64,000 bases of DNA from an uncultured virus (IMG/VR IMGVR_UViG_3300007171_000076) (taxonomy: Duplodnaviria; Heunggongvirae; Uroviricota; Caudoviricetes), in IMG/VR virus record IMGVR_UViG_3300007171_000076. The stretch is one strand, 5' to 3'. A program made the position numbers and the translations under genes. Positions 53,818-63,800 of the stretch are shown one piece after another. The notes under the pieces are model-generated. The model had not been told where the DNA came from. It did not search any database and saw only the letters and a list, made by a program, of their open reading frames with translations. How positions within the stretch are numbered: position 1 is the first letter of the stretch; the number at the start of each line of letters is the position of its first letter.

Positions 53818-53845
53818 AAAAAGCCCCCATTTCTGGGGGCTTTTT
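53816..53845. terminator. bidirectional intrinsic terminator
   Basis: AAAAAGCCCCCA...TGGGGGCTTTTT between convergent genes. Confidence 0.8.
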
Positions 53846-53847
53846 CT

Positions 53848-54855
53848 TTAATAATATTCCTTGACTGGTGTAATGGAGTCTATTAAAATACTTCCTCCAG
53901 TTACATCACCAACTTTAAATCTCATCCAATATCTATCAGGGTTCGAGTTTGTTATCATTGGTCTTGCAGTTCCAGCAGTCACAGCATTAATCATTGTTAC
54001 TAAAGAATCTAAAGGTTTTGTTCCAGTTCCGTCCAATTGTGTTGGTTTCCAAAGAGCATAATGAAGATTTTTTAATTCCACAAGTCCTGAAAATTTCATT
54101 GTGTCTGAATTTCCAGTACTTGTATTGTCTAAAAGTGTTACCGAAGTTGTAGACCATGCAGAGCCATTCCAATATTCAGCAGTTAATGTAGTATTTGTAA
54201 CTGCTCCTTGAGATAATTTGAATTGCCAGTGTCTAATTCTTTCAGATGATCCTACATAAACATAATCGGTAGCTGCACTAAAAGAACATTGATCAGCGTT
54301 TAAATTTCCTCTATTTTGCATTGCAGCATTAACATCATAAATTGTTCCACCAGTACCACCACCGCCAACTTGAGCTTTACCAATAATAACTCTGTAATCT
54401 TTAGCTTGATAGATATCGGCTTGTTCACCTAATGCAGATTTTGTGTAAAGAGCTTTTCTACCTACAACGTCTACTCCAACATTAATATTTGTTTTAGCCG
54501 CTCCAAGATCCACCATAATGTAGATTTCATTTTCATTGTATTCATTCTCTACAAATACTGGTGGGGTAAAAGTTACGATTCCTGTGTATAGTTGATCAGC
54601 TTTTGCAGTTACGTTTACAGCCATGCCTCTAAAATGGTCTTGTTCTGTTGGAGAAAATCTAAAGTGAGCACCATTACTTAAAATATAAATGTTATAACCA
54701 GAAGTGTTTGTTCCAGTTGTATTCCAAACTCTGATCGATTCAATTTCGCTTCTAGACCACCAAGGTAAAGTAAAATAAACAAATGTACCTGTTATAGTTC
54801 CTGAGAATGCCTTGGCTTGCAATCTCTGATTATATTGTGAAAAAACTACACTCAT
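53848..54855 (-). CDS. putative virion structural protein
   Basis: 335 aa, T/G-rich and beta-type; EYWNGSAW and RYWMRF segments. Confidence 0.5.
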   Translation of the reverse strand: MSVVFSQYNQRLQAKAFSGTITGTFVYFTLPWWSRSEIESIRVWNTTGTNTSGYNIYILSNGAHFRFSPTEQDHFRGMAVNVTAKADQLYTGIVTFTPPVFVENEYNENEIYIMVDLGAAKTNINVGVDVVGRKALYTKSALGEQADIYQAKDYRVIIGKAQVGGGGTGGTIYDVNAAMQNRGNLNADQCSFSAATDYVYVGSSERIRHWQFKLSQGAVTNTTLTAEYWNGSAWSTTSVTLLDNTSTGNSDTMKFSGLVELKNLHYALWKPTQLDGTGTKPLDSLVTMINAVTAGTARPMITNSNPDRYWMRFKVGDVTGGSILIDSITPVKEYY

Positions 54856-55011
54856 CGGGTATACTCCATTAAGAAAAGAACGCTATTTATAAAGTTAGTA
54901 AATCACCCATATATTTCCTTGCTCAGTGCGGTATAATCAAACAAGGCTAAGGATTAACCGTATACACATAAAGGGGAAGTGCGCTCTGATTCTTAGCCAC
55001 AAGGTTTTAAA

Positions 55012-55620
55012 ATGGAAGAAAAATATGGTTTATTAAAGCCAATTGAATTATCTTATAAAAAAAGAAAATATGATGAATTTTGGCTTTTTGAATGCGATTG
55101 TGGAAATTTAAAAGTTTCTAGATTATACGATGTAAAACGTGGAAAAATAAATTCTTGTGGTTGTATCAAAAAGAATCAATTAGCTGAAAGAAATAAAGCT
55201 AATGCTAAACATGGTTATTTTGGAACTCCTACATATAACAGTTGGTCTGGAATAATTGAACGTTGTTGTAATCCTAAAAGCGGAAATTACAGTATGTATG
55301 GTGCAAAAGGGATAACAATATGCGAAAGGTGGCGCTCTTCTTTTGAAAATTTTTTAGATGATATGGGCGATAGACCTCCAGGAACTTCAATAGATAGAAT
55401 TGATGTTTATGGGAATTATGAGCCAGAAAATTGCAGATGGGTCGATGCAAAAACACAAGCAAGAAATAAAACCAATAACGTCAGATATGAATTTGATGGT
55501 AAAAATTTAACATCAGCCGAATGGTCAGAAATTACTGGTATAAAAGCTGACACTATAGATAGTCGGATAAAAAGAAGAGGCTGGTCCATTGAGGATGCCT
55601 TAATGAGAAAAGTAAAATGA
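55012..55620 (+). CDS. HNH homing endonuclease
   Basis: CDCG...SCGC, YNSW..I..RC, YG.KGI.IC.RW..FENFL.DMG.RP..TSIDRID..GNYEPENCRW....Q.RN. Confidence 0.9.
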   Translation: MEEKYGLLKPIELSYKKRKYDEFWLFECDCGNLKVSRLYDVKRGKINSCGCIKKNQLAERNKANAKHGYFGTPTYNSWSGIIERCCNPKSGNYSMYGAKGITICERWRSSFENFLDDMGDRPPGTSIDRIDVYGNYEPENCRWVDAKTQARNKTNNVRYEFDGKNLTSAEWSEITGIKADTIDSRIKRRGWSIEDALMRKVK

Positions 55621-57008
55621 AAATTCAATATGTATCAATCAAACCAACACAAAAAGCAGATGAATTAGGCTGTCATGCTCTTATTCCTGAAATGTTAGCT
55701 TCTACTGGTGCAAGGTATTCGAGAAACAATGAAGGACTAGATGCTATTCTTGCTAAAGTTGATGTAAACAATCAAGAAAAGTCTATAGACACAATTTTTA
55801 GACATACTGATTATGGTCACGCTTCAATTTTAGGAATGGTCCCTATTGCTTTATTCATTGACGAAATATCTCAGTTAGCTGCATATATTCTCTGGACATT
55901 AGCACCGCAAGCAGATGGTCAAGAATGTTCAACAAGATATATTAAAATGGATGCTTCAGGTGTAGTTGATGCAGACACTCTTGGAATTCCTGAAAATCTT
56001 AAAGAAGAGTTTAATAATTATAATACCAGAGCTTTTAGTTTTTACGAAGAAGCTTTAAAGACTTGGACTGAACTTTCAAATTTACACCCAGAAGCTACTA
56101 AAATTCCTAAGTCTCTTCTTGATTCTGAGGCTGATAAAGATAAGAAGGCTGTAGCAAGAATGAAGCGAAACTATGCTTTTGACCGTGCTAGAGTTTATAT
56201 TCCTTTGGCTTCTAAAACTGGTGTCATGATGATTCAATCTGCTAGGTCTTGGGCAAATATTTCAGCTCATCTTCAAGCAAGCAATCTTAAAGAATTAAGA
56301 CTTATTGGACAAGAGATTGCAGATAAGATGAGTATTGGAGCTCCTAGACTTTTAAAGCATACAAAACCTACAGAAGCAATTAAAAAGTTCCAAGAATACG
56401 AGAGAAATCAACTAATCATGGTTTCAAATATTGTAAAGCCATTAGGAGAGAATGAAACTCACTCTTATTTTGATGTTGAAGATTTACAATATCCACCTGG
56501 TCTTATGGCATCTGCTTGTGAATTTAGGTCTAACAGATATTCGCCATTTGGAAGTATTGTGTCTAGAACATCTGTCAAATTCTCATGGGAAGGTATTAGT
56601 TTTGGTGAGATTAGAGACCTTAATCGCCATCGTACAGGAACTAAATATTGTCCTTTGTTACCTCTTGGATTCTATGGTGCTACAGATCAACTTACGCATG
56701 AACTTACTGATGTGAACCTGACAAGTAAGATTAAGGATTTGTACACTAGTTATGAATCAACTACTAGATATGCTTGTAATTTATTAAAAGAATTTCCTGA
56801 GTATATTTATTTCACAAGTTTAGGCCATAAATATTATTTTGAACATACTACTACTGCCGATAAATTCTTATATGAAATGGAATTACGTACTGGTGTTGGA
56901 GCTCATTATAAGTATGCTGAACATTGCCGAGAAACTCTTAATCAATGGTTTGAGCGTTACCCAGAAACGAAGGGCTTAATTTTCGAGGGTAGTGCAGAAC
57001 CGGAGTAG
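55617..57008 (+). CDS. thyX: FAD-dependent thymidylate synthase (long, duplicated ThyX-like)
   Basis: ARYSR, YGHASI, QECSTRY, FDRAR..IP, RDLNRHR, ELRT. Confidence 0.8.
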   Translation: MKIQYVSIKPTQKADELGCHALIPEMLASTGARYSRNNEGLDAILAKVDVNNQEKSIDTIFRHTDYGHASILGMVPIALFIDEISQLAAYILWTLAPQADGQECSTRYIKMDASGVVDADTLGIPENLKEEFNNYNTRAFSFYEEALKTWTELSNLHPEATKIPKSLLDSEADKDKKAVARMKRNYAFDRARVYIPLASKTGVMMIQSARSWANISAHLQASNLKELRLIGQEIADKMSIGAPRLLKHTKPTEAIKKFQEYERNQLIMVSNIVKPLGENETHSYFDVEDLQYPPGLMASACEFRSNRYSPFGSIVSRTSVKFSWEGISFGEIRDLNRHRTGTKYCPLLPLGFYGATDQLTHELTDVNLTSKIKDLYTSYESTTRYACNLLKEFPEYIYFTSLGHKYYFEHTTTADKFLYEMELRTGVGAHYKYAEHCRETLNQWFERYPETKGLIFEGSAEPE

Positions 57009-57009
57009 A

Positions 57010-57798
57010 TTAGATTAAATTAATGTCTGCTAAGAAACCATCAGAACAATATATTTTATTAATTCTGGTGGTTTCTGCTTTTAATGGAGTTTTATCAGAT
57101 GTCAACACTAAAGCAATTTTTCCCTTGTAAATTTCTCTTATAGTCTTGTCTTCAAACTCTTCCCTACTTAAAATCACAGTCTCAGGGTCTTTTGCTTTTC
57201 CTGAATAAGATGTGATGATATTAGCTACATTAATAAGTTTTCCTAATTTCTGTTTATCATTAATTACAATCTTACCAATAAGAATATTATCAATAGTCAT
57301 ATCAAGGAAAGTTTCTAGGCTCACTTCTTTTCCTTGAGCAGCATCTATCACTTCAATTGTTTTTTCTTCTTGTGTTTTTTCAGATTTGATTATAACTTTT
57401 TGTTCCTCTATAGTATCTCCATGAAAAACTAGATATTCCTTAGAAATTCCAAAGATATTATAAATGTGTACCGGCTGCAAAGTTTTCTCCATTTCATTAA
57501 CGATTTGGCTTAAAACTCTTAGATCTGTTGTGCCTACCTCATAACAAATAAGAAGATTAATATAATTTACATTTGAGAAGAAGAAAAAGAATCGATTAGC
57601 AATATTTTTCCAATCTGGTAGCTGATCAAGATTCTTTATATGGTAGAATTTATCAGTATCTTTCATCCAAGACGTTTCATACATCTGGTTGCCGATGAAT
57701 AAAAAGTACCGATGAAAATTTTCTAATGTATTTGTCCATCCAGCATATTTCAAAGCATCAGATAAGTCGTGGCAGATGAAGCATACAAGATTTTTCAT
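57010..57798 (-). CDS. hypothetical protein
   Basis: 262 aa ORF. Confidence 0.7.
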   Translation of the reverse strand: MKNLVCFICHDLSDALKYAGWTNTLENFHRYFLFIGNQMYETSWMKDTDKFYHIKNLDQLPDWKNIANRFFFFFSNVNYINLLICYEVGTTDLRVLSQIVNEMEKTLQPVHIYNIFGISKEYLVFHGDTIEEQKVIIKSEKTQEEKTIEVIDAAQGKEVSLETFLDMTIDNILIGKIVINDKQKLGKLINVANIITSYSGKAKDPETVILSREEFEDKTIREIYKGKIALVLTSDKTPLKAETTRINKIYCSDGFLADINLI

Positions 57799-57869
57799 GA
57801 GAATATTTTACAGGATTTGCATCTGTTAAAAGTCCATGCTAGAATAAACCAACCTAATTGGAGAACCCT

Positions 57870-58949
57870 ATGTCAAAGAATAATTTTCGTCCTAAGACCT
57901 TTCAAGAAGTAGTAGGTCAAGATAACATCAAGCAATATCTCAAAATCAAGGTAGATGCTTTTCATAAGACTGGTACTTGCCCAAGCCACATGTTGTTTCT
58001 TGGATTCTCAGGTGCTGGTAAGACAACTCTCGCAAATGTTATGGCTAATGAACTCGGCACTAAGTTTCATTCCGTCATGGCTACAAATATTCGTACCTTT
58101 GATGACCTCTATAATATCTTTAAAGACGTAGAGAAGAATGATGTTGTATTTTTCGACGAGATTCATGCAATTGCTCCAAAGATTCAAGAGCATCTTTATT
58201 CTGTACTTGAAGATTTTAAACTCTCTACCTACAACAAGTCTCTTCAGAAGCAACAGACATATGCTTTGCCTAGATTTACATGTATTGGTGCTACAACTCA
58301 CTCTGGAGATTTGAACGCTCCACTCCTGTCTAGGTTCCAAACTAAGTCAATATTGCAACCTTACACAAAGCCTGAACTGACTAAAATGATTCAAGTTGCT
58401 GGTAAGAGAATCTATGGAATTGATTTGGACATGAATATTTGTGAAGAAATGGCACAACTTTCTAAAAATACTGCAAGAAATGCGTATAATCTTCTTGATA
58501 GTTTGATGGTTGTAGCAGAAGCAAGTTGTACGTCTAAAGTTCAGTCTTATATGATTAATAAAGAATTGCTTCACAAGACTCTTAAACATGAAAATATTGA
58601 CCCTTGTGTTGGTCTTGAATATTCATCACGAAATTATCTTGTCAATCTGGTCCAAGAAGGTCAAACTGAAGCGGTCGGAGTGAAAACGCTTTCATCTTTA
58701 TGTCGAGAACAAGAGTCAAATATTATTAACCTCATTGAACCGCCTCTAGTTGCTGGACTTTCATTTTCTCTTGAAGTTAATTCCACGAAAGTAAATTTTG
58801 ATGGACCTTTCGTCAAGATTACTAAGAATGGTAGAAGACCAACACAAATTGCTATCGATTATATTAAAACCTGTCAATATCTTCAACAAAAAGATAACTG
58901 GTTCCCCCAAGAAAATTTAACTATTAAGGAAAAAACATTTAATGCATAA
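57870..58949 (+). CDS. ruvB: Holliday junction branch-migration ATPase RuvB-like
   Basis: RPKTFQEVVGQ, Walker A GFSGAGKTT, FFDEIH, FTCIGATT, PLLSRF. Confidence 0.85.
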   Translation: MSKNNFRPKTFQEVVGQDNIKQYLKIKVDAFHKTGTCPSHMLFLGFSGAGKTTLANVMANELGTKFHSVMATNIRTFDDLYNIFKDVEKNDVVFFDEIHAIAPKIQEHLYSVLEDFKLSTYNKSLQKQQTYALPRFTCIGATTHSGDLNAPLLSRFQTKSILQPYTKPELTKMIQVAGKRIYGIDLDMNICEEMAQLSKNTARNAYNLLDSLMVVAEASCTSKVQSYMINKELLHKTLKHENIDPCVGLEYSSRNYLVNLVQEGQTEAVGVKTLSSLCREQESNIINLIEPPLVAGLSFSLEVNSTKVNFDGPFVKITKNGRRPTQIAIDYIKTCQYLQQKDNWFPQENLTIKEKTFNA

Positions 58950-60552
58950 GATTATTTTACGTGGTATTGAAGCTAGGAATGCCATTGAACGAGGAATTTC
59001 GACGGTCGCTGAAAGTGTGGCATGCACGTTAGGGCCTAAGGGACGAAACGTCATTATTCAGGGTCAGAGTGGTCCAATTGTAACAAAAGACGGTGTAACT
59101 GTTGCAAAGTCTATTGAACTAGAATGCCCTTATGAGAACCTTGGAGCGCAATTGTGTCGTCAAGTTTCTTCCAAGACTAATGATGTTGCTGGAGATGGAA
59201 CCACTACTGCTACTGTTCTTGCTAACGCTATTGCCAGAGAGGGACTTCGCTATGTTACTGCTGGTGGAAGTCCTATTAGCTTGAAGCGTGGCATTGATAA
59301 GGCTGTAGATGCTGTTGTAGAAATTATCGCTGGAATGGCAAAGCCTATTGAAAATAAGGAAGAAGTTAACTTTGTTGCTACTATCTCTGGTAACGAGCAA
59401 GAAGTTGGTGATATTGTTGCAGATGCCATGGAAGCTGTTGGTAAAGATGGCGTAATTACAATCGAGGAGTCTAGGGGTCGAGAAACCACTATGACTGTTG
59501 TAGAAGGTATGCGTTTTGATAAGGGATTCTTGTCTAATATCTTTGCTAATATTCCTGAGAAGATGCAAACCAAGTTCCAAGATCCATTGTATTTGCTTTA
59601 TGATGGTAAGCTTTCTGATGCACATGCTCTTTATGAATTTATCAATAAGTTCCCTGAGTGTGCAAAAAAGCCTCTTGTAATTATTGCTGATAACATTGAG
59701 GGTGAAGCATTGCAGTTCTTGGTATTGAATGTTTACCAAGGAAAGAAGCAATGGGTAGCAATTAAGACTCCTGGATTCTCAACACAAAAGAAGGACATGC
59801 TACATGATATTGCAGTTCTTACAGGCTCTAAGGTAATTTCTACAGACCTTGGTACTACTCTTGCAGATGCCGATGAGTCTTATTTCGGTTCTTCTAAGAG
59901 CATTATTGTTACTAAGGATTCCACTACTATCATCGAGGGTATTGGAACTGAAGCTGATATTGAAGACCGTATTTTGCGAATTAAGGCTACTCTTGAAACA
60001 TGCGAATCTGATTATGAGGCTAGAGTATTGAATGGTCGTATGGCAAAGCTTTCTGGTGGAGTTGCGGTCATTCGTGTGGGTGCTAGTACTGAAGCAGAAT
60101 TGATTGAGAAGAAGTATCGTTATGAAGATGCTTTAGCTGCTACCCGTGCTGCTGTAGAAGAGGGAATTGTTCCGGGTGGTGGAGTGACATTGCTTCGTGC
60201 ATCTAGGAAATTGAATCTTAAGCTTTCTGATGAAGATGAGAATATTGGCGTTAAGATTGTAAAGCGAGCTCTTGAAGAACCTATTCGCCGTATTGCTTCA
60301 AATGCTGGTTATTCTGCAGATGTTGTGGTGTCTGATGTACTACGAACTAAGGATGGAAAGGGTCTTGATGCCCGATCAGGTAAAATTGTAAATATGCTTG
60401 AAAAGGGTATTATAGATCCAGCTAAGGTTACTCGCTCCGCTCTACAAAATGCAGCTTCTATTGCAGGTCTTGTTCTCACTACTGAAACATTGATTGTAGA
60501 TAAGCCTGTGGAATCTGAAAAGGTATTAGTATCTGAGGGGATGATGAACTAG
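58942..60552 (+). CDS. groEL: chaperonin GroEL
   Basis: TLGPKGRNV, TKDGVTVAK, AGDGTTTATVLA, GIVPGGG, IIDPAKVTRSALQNAAS. Confidence 0.97.
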   Translation: MHKIILRGIEARNAIERGISTVAESVACTLGPKGRNVIIQGQSGPIVTKDGVTVAKSIELECPYENLGAQLCRQVSSKTNDVAGDGTTTATVLANAIAREGLRYVTAGGSPISLKRGIDKAVDAVVEIIAGMAKPIENKEEVNFVATISGNEQEVGDIVADAMEAVGKDGVITIEESRGRETTMTVVEGMRFDKGFLSNIFANIPEKMQTKFQDPLYLLYDGKLSDAHALYEFINKFPECAKKPLVIIADNIEGEALQFLVLNVYQGKKQWVAIKTPGFSTQKKDMLHDIAVLTGSKVISTDLGTTLADADESYFGSSKSIIVTKDSTTIIEGIGTEADIEDRILRIKATLETCESDYEARVLNGRMAKLSGGVAVIRVGASTEAELIEKKYRYEDALAATRAAVEEGIVPGGGVTLLRASRKLNLKLSDEDENIGVKIVKRALEEPIRRIASNAGYSADVVVSDVLRTKDGKGLDARSGKIVNMLEKGIIDPAKVTRSALQNAASIAGLVLTTETLIVDKPVESEKVLVSEGMMN

Positions 60553-60575
60553 CTGATCTAATCTAGGAGGATAAG

Positions 60576-60728
60576 ATGGGCGTATATGATCCTAAAGATA
60601 ACAAGCCAAGTAAGACAGGGCAAATTATCAAGTTAGTTGTAGCAGTTGTTTTTGTAGGTGCGTTTTTGGCCACGATGAAGGTTGCATGTGAACCGACTCC
60701 TCAGCCACCAACACCACCTCTAATGTGA
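60576..60728 (+). CDS. small membrane protein (50 aa, Pro-rich tail)
   Basis: AGGAGG RBS; one hydrophobic segment; terminator follows. Confidence 0.6.
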   Translation: MGVYDPKDNKPSKTGQIIKLVVAVVFVGAFLATMKVACEPTPQPPTPPLM

Positions 60729-60732
60729 AAAT

Positions 60733-60761
60733 AAAGCCCTTCAGAAATGAGGGGCTTTTTT
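60733..60761 (+). terminator. intrinsic terminator
   Basis: AAAGCCCTTCA/TGAGGGGCTTT stem plus T run. Confidence 0.7.
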
Positions 60762-60776
60762 ATTAAGGAAAAAGTT

Positions 60777-61127
60777 ATGAAAGATTTTTTATATCATTAT
60801 CGTATGCGGGTTACCAAAGTTGTTGATGGCGATACAGTTTATGGTGACGTTGATTTAGGATTTAATTTTACTCAGAAGAAAATGGAATTCCGCTTTGCTG
60901 GCATTAATACTCCTGAAACTCGTGGGGAAACTCGTGAAGCTGGCTTAAAATCTAAGGAGTATGTTATTAACAAGCTTATGGATAAAGATGTCATTATTAT
61001 TACAAAGAAAGATGTCAAAGAAAAGTTTGGTAGATATCTTGCGTTTATTTATTATCAAGATGGCGTGGAATGGAAATGTATTAATGATGAGCTTGTAAAT
61101 TTAGGTCTTGCAGTTAAGTTCATGTAA
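60777..61127 (+). CDS. thermonuclease (SNase-like)
   Basis: VTKVVDGDT...DLGF...RFAGINTPE...KFGRYLA...IN.ELV..GLA. Confidence 0.9.
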   Translation: MKDFLYHYRMRVTKVVDGDTVYGDVDLGFNFTQKKMEFRFAGINTPETRGETREAGLKSKEYVINKLMDKDVIIITKKDVKEKFGRYLAFIYYQDGVEWKCINDELVNLGLAVKFM

Positions 61128-61141
61128 GCGTATAATGGAGT

Positions 61142-62320
61142 ATGGGTGTTTTTAAAAGATTATTTGTTGATTTTGATTCGTTCTATGCATCTGTGGAACA
61201 ACATGATAATCCAGAATATAGAAACAAACCCCTAATTGTTGTCCCTTGTATTTCTGATTATACTTGTGCGATAGCTGCTTCATATGGGGCAAAAAGGCTA
61301 GGTGTCAAAACTGGAACCCGTGTTAAATCGGCGAAAGAAAAGATACCTGGCCTTATTGTTGTTTCTGCCAGACCTAAAAGATATGTTGAAGTTCACAATC
61401 TTATAGTTGAATTATTATCTAAACATTTCAAGAATATTAAAGTCCTTAGTATTGATGAAATGGCTTGTGAAATTAATGAAGATGATAGTTTTGATTGCGA
61501 AATGCTATCGGCTCTTTTTAAATTAGATTTGTTAGATCTATTTAGCGAGCATTTAACTTGTTCTATAGGTGTTGCAAGTAATGTATTCCTATCTAAAGTT
61601 GCTTCTGATATGGATAAGCCTAATGGATTTACAGCTATAGAATCAGAAGAGCAAATTAAAAGCTTAGAACTCACTGATTTACCCGGTATTGCTGAAAGAA
61701 TGGAATCTAGGCTTAATAAATCTAAAGTTCGAACAATTGATGATTTATTAGCGTTAAATGAGATAGAGCTTAAAAAGGCTTGGGGAAGTGTCATAGGAGC
61801 TCGTTGGTGGCATATGATTCGTGGTTCGTTGCAATGTGATTATGGATTGTCAGATAATGAAATTCCTAAATCTTTTGGTCATACACATGTTTTGCCTCCA
61901 GATAAAAGAGATGATGCTGGTAGTTTTGAAGTATTTGAAGCCTTGTTATATAAAGCCATTGATAGATTAAATAAGCATAAAGTTGGTTCTAGAAGAATTA
62001 CAATTTATTTATCTTGGCGGAACACAGAAACTAAAAAAAGAGGTACAATCAAACTATCTTCTCCGATTGCTGTTCCAAGTTTAGATTTTAAATATTGGAC
62101 CTTTATAGCATCTGGTTTATGGAATTCAATGCCAAGTTTAGATTTAAAAACTCTACCATTAATTGTTGGTGTTAGATTTACAAGAACTATAAAAATGGAA
62201 GATATTAATTTGCAGTTGTTTGATCTGGATTTTGATGGTGATTATGAGCAGAGTCCAGTGTATGAAGTGCCAGATAGAATTTCTTTTGGAGATCCTGGAA
62301 GGCTGTTTGAGGAAAATTAA
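61142..62320 (+). CDS. Y-family DNA polymerase (DinB/UmuC-like)
   Basis: FVDFDSFYASVEQ, IAASY.AK..GVKTG, SIDE, SKVASDMDKPNG, DLPGI. Confidence 0.9.
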   Translation: MGVFKRLFVDFDSFYASVEQHDNPEYRNKPLIVVPCISDYTCAIAASYGAKRLGVKTGTRVKSAKEKIPGLIVVSARPKRYVEVHNLIVELLSKHFKNIKVLSIDEMACEINEDDSFDCEMLSALFKLDLLDLFSEHLTCSIGVASNVFLSKVASDMDKPNGFTAIESEEQIKSLELTDLPGIAERMESRLNKSKVRTIDDLLALNEIELKKAWGSVIGARWWHMIRGSLQCDYGLSDNEIPKSFGHTHVLPPDKRDDAGSFEVFEALLYKAIDRLNKHKVGSRRITIYLSWRNTETKKRGTIKLSSPIAVPSLDFKYWTFIASGLWNSMPSLDLKTLPLIVGVRFTRTIKMEDINLQLFDLDFDGDYEQSPVYEVPDRISFGDPGRLFEEN

Positions 62321-62322
62321 AT

Positions 62323-62664
62323 ATGAATATGAATGTAGAGTTTAGCAACATTACAGAAGCTCAGGCTAAGGCACTTGAGGATCTTTTTGCTGTTTGGAAT
62401 CTATTAGCTACAAAACAAAAGGGTAGATGGACTGCTTTTTTTGCTGATGGTACTACAGATTTCAGACCGATTATCAAGATTGATGGTAAAGATCCTGAGA
62501 GATTTATTGGAGATATCGGCCCTCGTTGGAACACTATTAATAAAGATACTGAAGAAGAAGACGAGGTTTATTTTGTTGACTATGAGAGAATTGAGAGAGT
62601 ATTAAATGAGCGAAATGATCAAGATCAAAATATCGAACAAGAAGACGCTGGAGATGAGTCGTGA
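62323..62664 (+). CDS. hypothetical protein
   Basis: 113 aa ORF. Confidence 0.65.
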   Translation: MNMNVEFSNITEAQAKALEDLFAVWNLLATKQKGRWTAFFADGTTDFRPIIKIDGKDPERFIGDIGPRWNTINKDTEEEDEVYFVDYERIERVLNERNDQDQNIEQEDAGDES

Positions 62665-63205
62665 GAGTGTTATTGCTTCCTTAGCTAATCAATTCCTTAC
62701 AAAGACTAGCCCAGAAGTAATTGGCGATCAATACTTCAAGTTATTTAAAATTTGTTCTAAAGATATCGAGCAATATTTAGATTCTTTGGATTCATCTAAG
62801 CCTTTTAATCTTTTTGGTGAATGGATGGATGAATTTTCAGAGTTTAAAAGTACAGCTGCATTTTCTATCATGAAGGAAGTTTGTATTAAGTTTTCTGATG
62901 GCAGTATTTATGCAGTTCCGATTATTGACATCTTATATCTTCTAGAGTGTAAGAATAAAGATATTTCGTATGAAGATTTTTTGATTGCTCTTGATGAGTC
63001 TAACATTGAATCAGATGATGTGGTATTATCTAGGACAAGTGAAGAATTGGATTGGGAAGCGATTAGTCAGTTTGCAGTTGAGAGTAAAAGTCCTGATAAC
63101 TGTCCTGATTATGCTTCTGAATTTAAAAATGCCGAGAAACATATTGAGATTTGGAAACTAGAATTTGATGAATCTGATGACGAGTCCGAAGACGAACCTG
63201 ATTGA
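62606..63205 (+). CDS. hypothetical protein (acidic)
   Basis: 199 aa ORF. Confidence 0.6.
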   Translation: MSEMIKIKISNKKTLEMSRESVIASLANQFLTKTSPEVIGDQYFKLFKICSKDIEQYLDSLDSSKPFNLFGEWMDEFSEFKSTAAFSIMKEVCIKFSDGSIYAVPIIDILYLLECKNKDISYEDFLIALDESNIESDDVVLSRTSEELDWEAISQFAVESKSPDNCPDYASEFKNAEKHIEIWKLEFDESDDESEDEPD

Positions 63206-63800
63206 CCCTTATAAAATCACAAACTACAATAGAGCTGATCATGAATTAGAACTATTTCTTTTGTTTTGTATTGTTGTTGCTGGAAAAACTGCTTATATAC
63301 AGGCTGGGAAGTTACAAAGTTTCCTAGAGTCTGTTAATATACGTTTGATGATGCCTGATATAGTATCTCCTTTTCAAACAATTAAGAGTGCAGAACAACA
63401 TGGAATTTTGAAGCAAGAAATTGAAAAAGCTAAATTAGGTCAATATAAGAAGATTTATGCTGCTTTTAAATATATATCAGAAAATAAGCTTGACCTTAAA
63501 TCTATCACTCCTAAAGAATTAGAATTGATTCCCGGAGTTGGTATGAAAACAAGTAGATTTTTCTTGCTTCATTCTAACCAAGAGTTCAAAAATAACATTG
63601 CAATTCTTGACACTCATATTTTAAAATTTATCAAAGAAAATATAGATGATAGAGCGCCAAAATCTACACCAACGATTAAAGTAACATACAAATATTGGGA
63701 AGATATCTTCTTGCATTGGTGTGAGATTAATGGTAAAAACGTAGCAGATTTTGATTTGGAAGTTTGGAAGAGTTATGCACGAAAGGAAAAAATGGCGTGA
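63177..63800 (+). CDS. HhH-family DNA glycosylase-like protein (Ogg-like)
   Basis: L.FCI.VAG, HhH motif LELIPGVGMKTSRFFL, AILDTHIL, D...W. Confidence 0.75.
   Translation: MTSPKTNLIDPYKITNYNRADHELELFLLFCIVVAGKTAYIQAGKLQSFLESVNIRLMMPDIVSPFQTIKSAEQHGILKQEIEKAKLGQYKKIYAAFKYISENKLDLKSITPKELELIPGVGMKTSRFFLLHSNQEFKNNIAILDTHILKFIKENIDDRAPKSTPTIKVTYKYWEDIFLHWCEINGKNVADFDLEVWKSYARKEKMA

Noticed and set aside
59119..59751. 210-aa and 107-aa antisense ORFs inside groEL, and similar shadow ORFs inside rIIA, rIIB and ruvB
   Set aside because: Fully overlap well-supported genes on the other strand and show no recognisable motifs
53278..60552. Cellular chromosome origin suggested by nusG, ruvB, groEL and clpP
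   Set aside because: Usual operon partners (secE/rplK, ruvA, groES, clpX) are absent, and the context is rIIA/rIIB, HNH and many small phage-type ORFs
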